64,000 nucleotides of DNA from Ranitomeya imitator. Its lineage: Eukaryota. This document shows, piece by piece, positions 53,842-64,000 of the stretch; position 1 is the stretch's first letter, and every line of letters starts with the position of its first letter. The translations under genes were made by a program, and so were the position numbers. Where the stretch lies: assembly GCF_032444005.1 (NCBI RefSeq), contig NC_091282.1, forward strand, positions 303,180,001 through 303,244,000, in the 5' to 3' direction. Under the pieces are notes generated by a model. It made no database searches, had not been told where the DNA came from, and saw nothing but the letters and a program-made list of their open reading frames with translations.

Positions 53842-54607
53842 AGTGACAGTCTCTTCGTGATACAGTCGGGACCACACACGCCGCCCACGGACTTCCGCCC
53901 ACGCACTTCCGCCCGCTTCCCCGAACTTCCTGCAGCAGCGGTTCTGCACATCAAACCGCAGTAAAACACGCAGATATATTTTTGATCTGCGTGTTTTACT
54001 GCGATTTTGACCTCACAATGGAGGTCTATGGGTGCAGAACCGCTGCGGTTCAGGAAGAAGAATTGACATGCTCCTTCTTTTTTCCGGGAGCTATTCAGCG
54101 CGGCTTTTTTTTTACAATTTCCGGACCATGTGCACAGTGTGTCCTGTTTTCCATAGGGTACAGTGTACTGTACCCTGCATGGAAAACAGCTGCGGAACCG
54201 CAGCGGCAAAACCGCCGCGGTTCCGCGGTAAAAAACGCACTGTGTGAACATGGCCTTAGGATAAAATGAGATAATAACGTCTGCGGCTAAATTGTATTTT
54301 GACTCTTTAACCCTGGTAAGCTATGATTACATTAAAGTGGCTATCAATGTAAAGATTTGGCTACAATATCACAAGCATTACAATATTTTTACTCAGAAAG
54401 CTCATCAGGATTAGGGCATTCGGGAAAAAAAGTTTCCTATAATATGAAGAATATACAGTAGACCTGTAGTATAGGATTTAAAGGATAGGAGCTGTCATGC
54501 TTGAATTTATAGGTTGAATGGAGAAAGCTTTAATAACAAGGTTATAATTCTACAAGAGTAAGACATTATGGTCCTGTAATCTTTTATATCATCTCTTTAT
54601 GACACAG

Positions 54608-54710
54608 GTTTTATGGAAAGTCTGAAAGATCTGTTGTCTGATGAAGACTGCACAGTTCGACAGAAGACTACTGAGATTTTCTACATAATGGCTGGTCATA
54701 ATATTGGAAG
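54608..54710 (+). CDS. RSPH14: RSPH14 second coding exon (103 nt)
   Basis: Acceptor ACACAG| and donor GGAAG|GTTGGT. Phase joins the first exon: (G)FMESLKDLLSDEDCTVRQKTTEIFYIMAGHNIG(R), similar to human [34 protein letters not shown]. Too short for the ORF track. Confidence 0.92.
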
Positions 54711-54869
54711 GTTGGTGAGCTCTGATTGGAATTAAAATGAAGCTATCAGCTATTTCATGCAAGCCCAAACTATGAGCAGCAAGAAATCCAGATAGACACC
54801 CTCATTACAGAGATTTATATTATATTCTGACATGCTGCCGCATTGATCCTCATAGAAAACCTAGCTTAA

Positions 54870-55490
54870 AGGGAACCTGTCACCCCCAAAATCGAAGGTG
54901 AGCTAAGACCACCGGCATCAGGGGCTTATCTACAGCATTCTGTAATGCTGTAAGTAAGCCCCCAATGTATCCTGAAAGATGAGAAAAAGAAGTAAGATTA
55001 TACTCACCCAGGGGCGATACCGCTGCGGTCCGGTCCGATGGGAGTCGCGGTCCGGTCCAGCGCCTCCCATCTTCTTACGATGACGTCCTCTTCTTGTCTT
55101 CACGCTGCAGCTCCGGCGCAGGCGTACTTTGTCTGCCCTGTTGAGGGCAGAGCAAAGTACTGCAGTGCGCAGGCGCCGGGAAAGGTCAGAGAGGCCCAGC
55201 GCCTGCGCACTGCAGTACTTTGCTCAACAGGGCAGACAAAGTACGCCTGCGCCGGAGCTGCAGCGTGAAGACAAGAAGAGGACGTCATCCTATGAAGATG
55301 AGAGGCCCCAGACCGGACAGCGACACCCATCGGACCGGACCGCCCCCCCCAGGTGAGTATAATCTAACCTCTTTTTCTCGTCTTTCAGGATACATCGGGG
55401 GCTTATCTACAGCATTACAGAATGCTGTAGATAAGCCCCTGATGCCGGTGGGCTTAGCTCACCTTCGATTTTGGGGGCGACAGGTTCCCT
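54870..55490. mobile_element. T2/Kolobok-type palindromic MITE (621 bp)
   Basis: TTAA flanks, AGGGAACCTGTC / GACAGGTTCCCT termini, near-perfect fold-back. Confidence 0.88.
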
Positions 55491-56378
55491 TTAAACGGTT
55501 TGTCCACTACTTGGATAACCCCTTCTGAATCTTTATGTTCCCCTTCCAGTAAAATAATAACACTTATACTCGCCTCCGGGGCTGGTGCCATTCCAGAGTT
55601 TGCGCACTGGCTATCCGGAGGCTCGGGTAACATTATGTCACGTGATCACTGTGGCCAATTAGCACAGGCTTCACGCTCCCCTCCTTTGTTCAAATCAAGA
55701 CATATGGAAGAAGTGAGAGCAGCTGCTGCCCTCTCACTTTCTCTGGAGAAGTGATTATCCACAGGGACATAGTAATGTCACATAAGCCCTGGGAGAGCCA
55801 GTACTGACACCTCTAGTACAGCTCCGTCACATAAGAATTGAGCCTAAATGTTCTTATTTTACTGGGGGGGGGAACATAGGGATTCAGAATGGGTTGTCCG
55901 AGTAGTTGACAACAGGGTGGATTTGATTTAAATCTAACTGATTTAAATCACGATTTAAATCACAATTTAAATCACTAGTCAGTAAGGCTTGATTTAAATC
56001 AGTGATTTCAATCAAAGTTTCTACCTAAACTAGTTCTTGCTACTTTAACATGCAAGTAGATGAAGATTTTTAGAATCACTTTTTATATTACTTTTTTCTC
56101 CCCAGTTTAATGGGTTAATCATTCATATTTGGACACCACTGTTCTGTTGTACTTAGGAAGGAGAAAAATAATCCTGACCTTAATAACAATTTAAATAGAT
56201 TTATTCAACTGAAACAATAACAACATTACAGCATAAGTTATTTGCTTAAACAAACATCCATGTTTGTTAACTAATTTGGCTAAACAAAATATATATATAT
56301 ATTTTAAGAAACTTAGACTGTCAGCCCAGCCGACACATGAAAAACTTAAATACTACTGTCCCTGCTGTCCTCTGTAGC

Positions 56379-59300
56379 TCACTTGTCGTCATCTTCATCA
56401 TCATCTTCTTCTTTGTTTCTATTCATAATCTGGAAAAGAAAAACAAGCTTTCCTGCTTTATTGTGTCCCAACTGATTTCTCAATTTAGAATGAATGAGTC
56501 CAAAGGAAGAGAATATTCTTTCAACACCTGCAGAAGAAGCTACTGCTGTTAAAAGTGAAATCATTACTTGAACAGTCTCTAAATCCAAGCGCTTAAGTGA
56601 CTTCCACCAGTTTACTGGTGTGACCTTCCTTAAAATATCTTCAGCAAACATATATTTCTTGAATGGTTCCCCCTTAGCTCTGAAGTTTATTATAGTTGGC
56701 ATTAAAGATGGATGATTGCTGGATACCCATGTCATAACTAACTCCTCTTCCTCAGCACTTAGGATTTGACCCTGATATTGGATATTGACAATATTTGCCA
56801 AAAAATGAGCTGGAGTCAGTGCTTGTCCCATTCGTTTGTTTACTGCTTGTAATTTAATTCTGTCCATGTGTAGTTCTGTTTTTAAGTGTTCACTCAGTTC
56901 CTTCCAAATTTCAACAGCATCCGCAATAAAACAGCTATTTTTCTGTATTTTGTTTAAAGCTTGAGAGATGGGTTTCAGGAAGCTCAGCATATGTTCAACA
57001 TTTCTCTTAAGCCCAATGTTGAGGATTTTGGCCGTGACAGTGCCATCTATTTTATCTCGATTTTCTTCACAAAGTGTCATCAGAATAGGCCAGTTTTTGA
57101 TATACCGTATATACTCGAGTATAAGCCGAGATTTTCAGCCCATTTTTTGGGGCTGAAAGTCCCCCTCTCGGCTTATACTCGAGTCATATACCCGGGGGTC
57201 GGCAGGGGAGGGGCAGCGGGGGCTGTGTAGTTATACTTACCTGCTGCGGCGCGGTCCCTGCAGTCCCTGGCTTCCCCGGCGCTGCAGATTCTTCCTGTAC
57301 TGAGCGGTTACATGGCACCGCTCATTACAGAAATGAATAGGCGGCTCCACCTCCCATAGGGGAGGAGCCGCATATTCATTGCTGTAAATGATCGGTAACT
57401 GTGACCGCTCAATTACAGGAAGAAGCTGCAGCGCCGGGGAAGCAGGGACTGCAGGGACCGCGCCGCAGCAGGTGAGTATACGGGGATCGCAGCGCTGCGC
57501 TATATTTACCTGCTCCTCGCTCCGGTGCGGCTCCGTCTGCAGCGTCCTCTAGCTGTGACGCTCAGGTTAGAGGGCGCAGTGACGTAGTCAGTGCGCGCCC
57601 TCTGCTGAGCGTCAGTGCTGGAGACGGAGCCGCACGAGGAGCAGGTAAATATTGAAAGTGCCGGCGTCCTGAGCAAGAGAGGTGAGTATGTGATTTTTTT
57701 TTATTTATTGCAGCACCAGCAACATTCTATATGGCACAGCTTTATATGGAGCATCTATGGGGCCATAATGAACGGTGCACAGCATTCTATATGGGGCACA
57801 GCATTATATATGGAGCACCTATGGGGCCATAATCAACGGTGCAGAGCATTCTATATGGGGCACAGCATTATATATGGAGCACCTATGGGGCCATAATCAA
57901 CGGTGCAGAGCATTCTATATGGGGCACAGCTTTATAAGGAGCATCTATGGGGCCATAATCAATGGTGCAGAGCATTCTATATGGGGCACAGCTTTATAAG
58001 GAGCATCTATGGGGCCATAATCAACGGTGCAGAGCATTCTATATGGGGCACAGCTTTATAAGGAGCATCTATGGGGCCATAATCAGCGGTGCAGAGCATT
58101 CTATATGGGGCACAGCATTATATATGGAGCACCTATGGGGCCATAATCAACGGTGCAAAGCATTCTATATGGGGCACAGCATTATATATGGAGCACCTAT
58201 GGGGCCATAATCAACGGTGCAGAGCATTCTATATGGGGCACAGCTTTATAAGGAGCATCTATGGGGCCATAATCAACGGTGCAGAGCATTCTATATGGGG
58301 CACAGCATTATATATGGAGCACCTATGGGGCCATAAACAACGGTGCAGAGCATTCTATATGGGGCACAGCATTATATATGGAGCACCTATGGGGCCATAA
58401 TCAACGGTGCAGAGCATTATATATGGGGCACAGCTTTATAAGGAGCATCTATGGGGCCATAATCAACGGTGCAGAGCATTCTATATGGGGCACAGCTTTA
58501 TAAGGAGCATCTATGGGGCCATAATCAACGGTGCAGAGCAATATATATGGGGCACAGCTTTATAAGGAGCATCTATGGGGCCATAATCAACGGTGCAGAG
58601 CAATATATATATATGGCACAGCTTTCTATGGAGCATCTATGGGGCCATAATGAAAGGTATAGAGCATTCCATATGGCACAGCTTTATGTGGAGCATCTAT
58701 GGGGCCATAATGAACGGTGCAGAGCATTCTATATAGCACAGTTGTATATGGAGCATCTATGGGGCAATAATGAACGGTATGGAGCATCTATTTTTATTTT
58801 TGAAATTTACCAGTAGCTGTTGCATTTCCTACCCTAGGCTTATACTCGAGTCAATAAGTTTTCCCAGTTTTTTGTGGCAAAATTAGGGGGGTCGGCTTAT
58901 ACTCGGGTTGGCTTATACTCAAGTATATACGGTACTGCTCAAAACAGTCCACCACAGAGTTCCATCTAACATCTTGTGGGAGCGTTAGCTTGGTTCCACC
59001 CATCCTTCTCAGAGCTGCTGCAGCAAAATGATTATTACGGAAGTATTTAGCAATTTCAACAACATTAGCCTTTATTTCTGGAACACTTAAGTCTTTGGCT
59101 AAGAGGTGCAGCAAATGAGCACTGCAACCATATGTTATTAGCAGCTTTGTATTCCCTCCCTGCTCTTCTAAATCTCTTCTCATCTTGGATACGTTTGCAG
59201 CATTGTCAGTGACCAAACTGCGTACTAGACATTTGAATTTTTGTTCACATGTCGTTATAGCTTTTACTGCCACTTCTTGTAAGTATTCTGCTGTGTGTGC

Positions 59301-60259
59301 ATTTCCTGACGTATCAGTTGTTTGTGCAAGGAAGACTTTACCTTCTTCTGTTGTTATACAAGCACATACAATAGGATCATTGTGGACATTACTCCACCCA
59401 TCAATACTTAGGTTAACAATTTTACCCTCCAGAGCTGTTGCACATTGCTCCATTTCTCTGTCATACACTTGATCCAGCAGTTTCCCTGCAACATCAGCTC
59501 TGCTGGGTGGACTGTATCCTGGTCTCAGTGACTGAACCATATTAATGAAATGTGGGTTCTCAGTCAGACGGAAAGAAGAGTTCGTTGCATAAATAAACTG
59601 GGCAATTTTTTCATCAATCAACTCTTTTTCTAAGCTGCTAGTTCTTATCACAAACCTATCTATGGTGGTTCCAGGAGGTAAAGGTTTTTTCTTCCTTTTG
59701 GGTGATGGAGATATGTGGCTGTGGGTGTCTGATGATGATGCTGCTGCTAATGAAGCACTATCCTGGATGGATAACTCTGAAACTGTAGAACAGGATGATG
59801 GTGATCTTGGAGGTGGATAGTTTCCAGAATCTGTGAATTCCCCTAAACAAAAAAAGTCAATGCTGTTATTTTATTGTTTATACAATTTCTGCTTATTGTA
59901 CACAACAAATCACTGCCCCTGCCCCAAAAGGAATATTTGTTTTTCTTCATAACTGTACCAAATGACAGTAACATGCAGTAATAATAAGAAATATAATTTT
60001 TCTCACACATGACAGTTCAGTCTTTAGAAATAGGATTCAATAAAAATGTTTACCAACCTGAAGATCCTGCCTGTTCAGAAGTGTTTCTTTGGTCATCTTC
60101 ATCACCGCACTTCTCATGATGTTGCCTCATTCGCGCCACCAGGCCTTGCATCTCTTTGTTGCATCGTTTGCATTTTGCACGCATGCCTGCCTTACCGATA
60201 GGCGAAGGAGCTTCATTAAAATATTCCCAAACTGGGTCTCTTTTACGGCCTGCTGCCAT
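56379..60259 (-). pseudogene. hAT transposase (BED finger plus DDE), 611 aa once the MITE is removed
   Basis: Exon 60259-60058, then exon 59842-56379 interrupted at QY^IKNW. Motifs W..F...C..C...H...C, IDGW, VTDNAAN, CSAH, RWNS, SAGVERIFS. Confidence 0.9.
57105..58932 (+). mobile_element. Tc2-type element D with 62-64 bp minisatellite
   Basis: Same terminal repeats as A-C, TA target-site duplication, inserted in the hAT coding exon. Confidence 0.88.
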
Positions 60260-62289
60260 TATAAGGGAAGAATGTAATAAACCTCAGATCGTACACACAA
60301 ACAGATCCAGACTTGTCTGTCTGTGGCTATGCTGCAGTATTGTGCTCAAAGTTTCACTTTCATTTTCTTGTCTGCTTGCCCTTCCTCCTCCTCACACTTA
60401 GATTCACATTCTTCTTGTGTTGTGCAGATCTATTCCACTCCAAACAATCAGAAACATATTGTCTAACTTCTTGGACTTGGCACTGAAGGGGTTGATTCTG
60501 TATTCATAGGTTTGTAGAACAATAGGATTAAGGTCTTTTTCTCAACTCTGTTCATGTTGTAACATTTTTGCCGTGAAGAAGAGGCTGGGACCTCTGCGGA
60601 GTCAAATTCAGTTTTGAGAACTGCGTAAGTAAAGCGAGCGTCTGTGATAATATAGGAGAGAAACTGCCCACTAATCCTACAGAAACCTCTGGAAGAGCAT
60701 GGCATTGTGAATGTTACACATATACAGCCTTTATTCTACTGAGTTAAACAACTCAGCTTTATCTCATGATGGAAGAACCTTTGGACGGTAAAATATTTTC
60801 CTCAAAAAGCAGTTTATTGAAAAAAATCCGATTTAAATAAAAAAATCCGATTTAAATAAAAAAAATCATATTTTTTTTAATTTAAAAAAAAAAAAACATT
60901 GATTTTTATCCACCCTGGTTGACAACCCCTTTAAGCAGAAGCTGGGTATAGGGAGAAGAGTATACAGGATGGCTCCCTCCAGCATCTCCCTGTAAATCTT
61001 GGCTTTATTTCTGTAGGGAGAGAGCTGTCAATCAAGCTGAGTCAGGCGGAGAAGTGGTGGAGGAACCGCCCAGAGGACTCCTTCATTTGTGCTTGGCTCA
61101 TTTTTTCCAAGCTAGGTTTTTTTTGAAAACTCTGTAATGTCTCACAATAAAACATAGCTCTTTGTAGTAACGTGGCCTGTGTGGATGTTATGCTGCCCGT
61201 GGTTTAAGCAACCAGAAAAGTCTGACATGTTCTTTCCAAAGGTTATGGGAATGAAGAACATGTAGGCTGTGCATATGAATTTACTTTGATAGATACAAGC
61301 TCGGTGGCTTCCAGGATAGTCTCCTAAAGACTGAATGTTAACCCCTCTGTGACCTTGGACGTACTATCCCGTCGAGGTGCCCTGGGCCTATCTGACCCTT
61401 GACGGGATAGTACGTCCTGCCCTTTAATGCGATACCGCGACTTAAGTCGCGGTGATCGCATTAAAATTCCGACGCCATCTCACCTGGGGGGAGATGGCCT
61501 CGGCATCCAGGGCATTGTCGCCGCCCACCCGCCCTCTCGATCGCTGTGATTGGCTGTTCAATTCTGAACAGCCAATCACAGCCATTCTCATTGTTTCAGC
61601 CAATCGGAGCGGCTGAAACAATGAGGTCACAGGCTAGGATCGAGTACCGATGTACTCGATCCTAGGTCCGGTGCCTGGCAACGCCAGGCACCGGCAAGAA
61701 CACCCCGGATTGGCGCGATCGCCGATCGCGCCAATCGCAGGGCACCGCGCGATATTACCGCGCTGTGCCCTGCCGGAACCTGCGTGGATCGGTGCTCTAA
61801 TAGCACCGATCCTAGGATAGGACACAGTGCAGGCCCAGCAGGGCCTGCAGGAGCCGATTGGCACGATCGATGTCATCGTCGATCGCGCCAATCACAGGGC
61901 GCAGCGGCGATCACGCTGTGACCGCTCTGTGCCCTGCAGGTGACCTGGCTGTGACCTGCCTAGGATGGCGCGAACAGATCCGATCCTAGGCAGGTCACAG
62001 CCAGGTCACCAGGAAAGCTCTGATTGGTGGGATCGATGTTATGGTTGATCCCACCAATGACAGGTCACAGCAGCAGCATGACCGCTCTGTGACCTGTCTG
62101 TGTCACCTGCCTGACCTGTGTATGACCGCTCTGCAGGGTCCTCATTCTAGCTGAGGATTCCTACAGAGCGGTCATACTGCTGGATCTCCCTGCTGGATTT
62201 TGTGCCTGGATCTCCCTGCCGTGCTGGGTATTGTGGTGCCACAGCAGCCTGTAGCACCACAATCCCTGCTAAAGAAAGAAGACAACTAA

Positions 62290-63540
62290 ACGTAAGTTTT
62301 ATCCCTGATCCCTGCCCAATCCCCGTTCATCCACCCCAATCCCCGTTCATCCACCCCAATCCCCGTTCATCCACCCCAATCCCCCCTTCCCCCTCTTTTT
62401 ACCCCCTCCACCCCCATTTGTGCCGCCTCCGTGCGCACATTTTGTAGCCGCCGAGCGTTGATTGGTGACGCAGTTCACCGATCAACGCTCGCGCTCGCTT
62501 TTTTTCCCTCGCCCCCGTTGCGCCAACTCCGTACACACATTCCGCAGCCGCCAAAGTTTGATAAGTGACGCAGTTCACTTATCAGAGTTTGTGCCTGCCG
62601 TTTTCCTTTTTTTTTTTTTTCACCCCCCTTTTGCGCCACCTGACTACAACCGTACGTTTTGATCACTGATCCCTGCCCAATCCCCACTTCCACCCCCATC
62701 TCCCTTCCCCCTCTTTTTACCCCCCTTTGCACCTCCTTCCGTGCGCCCATTTAACAGCCGCCGAACGTTGATTGGTGACGTAGTTCACCGATCAACGCTC
62801 GCGCTCGCTTTTTTTGCCTCACCCCCGTTGCGCCAACTCCGTACACACATTCCGCAGCCGCCAAAGTTTGATAAGTGACGCAGTCCACTTATCAGAGTTT
62901 GTGCCTGCCGTTTTCCTTTTTTTTTTTTCACCCCCCTTTTGCGCCACCTGACTACAACCGTACGTTTTGATCACTGATCCCTGCCCAATCCCCACTTCCA
63001 CCCCCATCTCCCTTCCCCCTCTTTTTACCCCCCTTTGCACCTCCTTCCGTGCGCCCATTTAACAGCCGCCGAACGTTGATTGGTGACGCAGTTCACCGAT
63101 CAACGCTCGCGCTCGCTTTTTTTCCCTCACCCCCGTTGCGCCAACTCCGTACACACATTCCGCAGCCGCCAAAGTTTGATAAGTGACGCAGTTCACTTAT
63201 CAGAGTTTGTGCCTGCCGTTTTCCTTTTTTTTTTTTTTCACCCCCCTTTTGCGCCACCTGACTACAACCGTACGTTTTGATCACTGATCCCTGCCCAATC
63301 CCCACTTCCACCCCCATCTCCCTTCCCCCTCTTTTTACCCCCCTTTGCACCTCCTTCCGTGCGCCCATTTAACAGCCGCCGAGCGTTGATTGGTGACGCA
63401 GTTCACCGATCAACTCTCGCGCTCGCTTTTTTCCCTTCAGCCTTTTTGCGCAACCTCCGTACACACATCCCGCAGCCGCCAAACTTTGATAAGTGACGCA
63501 GTTCTCTTATCAGAGTTTGTGCCTGCCTTTTTTTTTTTTT
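62290..63540 (+). repeat. 309-bp tandem repeat, about 4 copies
   Basis: Unit recurs at about 62740, 63049 and 63358; near-identical ORFs 62475..62750 and 63093..63368 are 618 bp apart. Confidence 0.9.
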
Positions 63541-63663
63541 TTACAGGTTTTTCTTCTCCTTTTAGCATTTTCTTTTCAGATAAGTTTGCACAAATCACTA
63601 TCCCCCCACACATACACATACAGTTATCAATAAAGTGCACCCAATCACCATATTCACACAAAA

Positions 63664-64000
63664 ATGTCCCGCTCGTCCCGTTCGTCCCAACAGCGCTATT
63701 CATTGGAGGAGGCATATGCTTTCCTTGCCTCCGACACTGATAGCGAGGGAGAGGATCCCACTTTTCTTCACTTTTCTGATTCTTCATCCTCTTCCTCCTC
63801 CTCTTCCTCCTCGGGTCCTGCGGAACCACCACGCAGACGCCCCAGGACAGAAGATGAGGCAGCCCCCACCACTCCTGAACCAGCGCTCCCCACTGCGGAA
63901 CCCACATGGACCTCGCCCCCCGAAAATTACGAGCCACTGATTCCTGATTTTGTGGCAGAATCAGGAATCAAGTTTGACACCACGGGCCTCACAGAAACAG
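63664..64000 (+). CDS. piggyBac (PGBD4-like) transposase N-terminus, runs off the window
   Basis: MSRSSRSSQQRYSLEEAYAFLASDTDSEGEDPTF...WTSPPENYEPLIPDFVAESGI, open to the window end. The catalytic domain is not visible. Confidence 0.65.
   Translation, partial: MSRSSRSSQQRYSLEEAYAFLASDTDSEGEDPTFLHFSDSSSSSSSSSSSGPAEPPRRRPRTEDEAAPTTPEPALPTAEPTWTSPPENYEPLIPDFVAESGIKFDTTGLTET

Larger units (their letters stand above)
47010..54255. mobile_element. Full-length, apparently autonomous PIF/Harbinger transposon
   Basis: TTA target-site duplication (47007-47009, 54256-54258), imperfect terminal repeats GGGTATGTTCACAC / GTGTGAACATGGCC, TGCGTTTTT subterminal repeats (47085-47170), two convergent genes. 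Confidence 0.93.
46187..54291 (-). mobile_element. ORF1-only L1-derived retroinsertion (HAL1-like), split by the Harbinger
   Basis: 17-bp target-site duplication TTGTATTTTGACTCTTT (46170-46186, 54292-54308), TT/AAAG endonuclease-type site, AATAAA plus poly(A) at the 3' end, L1 ORF1 C-terminal peptide (DVII.F...LL.IAR...FYRDL..ETLQKRKSF...FTSP..A..FL) ending at 46688. Confidence 0.75.
55913..60917 (-). mobile_element. Full-length hAT transposon
   Basis: CAGGGTGGAT / ATCCACCCTG termini, 8-bp target-site duplication GTTGACAA, GATTTAAAT subterminal repeats. Confidence 0.93.
55495..60930. mobile_element. Second T2-type MITE sharing the TTAA at 55491-55494, split by the hAT
   Basis: ACGGTTTGTCC...GACAACCCCT|TTAA; the hAT sits inside its right terminal repeat. 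Confidence 0.65.
61342..64000 (+). mobile_element. 5' part of a piggyBac transposon
   Basis: TTAA|CCCC start, long palindrome-rich subterminal region, transposase start downstream. Confidence 0.7.

Noticed and set aside
57105-58932. MITE removed as an intron to restore the hAT transposase
   Set aside because: On the transposase strand its ends give no GT...AG pair that restores the frame.
54711-64000. Third RSPH14 coding exon or nested GNAZ
   Set aside because: No matching peptide with splice sites found; they probably lie beyond the window.

Overview
Vertebrate genomic DNA; the repeat landscape suggests a frog (inference). Two host genes sit head-to-head at the start: the first coding exon of RAB36 (minus strand, 273-332) and RSPH14 (plus strand; coding exons 940-1138 and 54608-54710). 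They share a GC-rich spacer containing an RFX X-box. The rest is RSPH14 intron: a 53.5-kb intron (1139-54607) and the start of the next one, both packed with nested transposons. These include Tc1, Tc2-type minisatellite-bearing MITEs, T2/Kolobok MITEs, hAT, piggyBac, Helitron, Copia, a chromodomain Gypsy, solo LTRs, L2, an ORF1-only L1 derivative, a DIRS/Ngaro RT fragment and Penelope-like pieces. Highlights: (1) an apparently intact Harbinger (47010-54255) with two spliced convergent genes, a telomere-like array in an intron of its MADF gene and a hairpin enclosing that gene's first 5' splice site; (2) a young 754-bp perfect fold-back insertion with a U3-A8 minimal hammerhead-ribozyme motif at its apex and a 27-bp micro-inversion; (3) a 32-kb insertion stack up to five levels deep, rebuilt from target-site duplications. 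Two N-gaps (13171-13326, 51644-51782) limit some calls. All coordinates were counted by eye and no database search was run.
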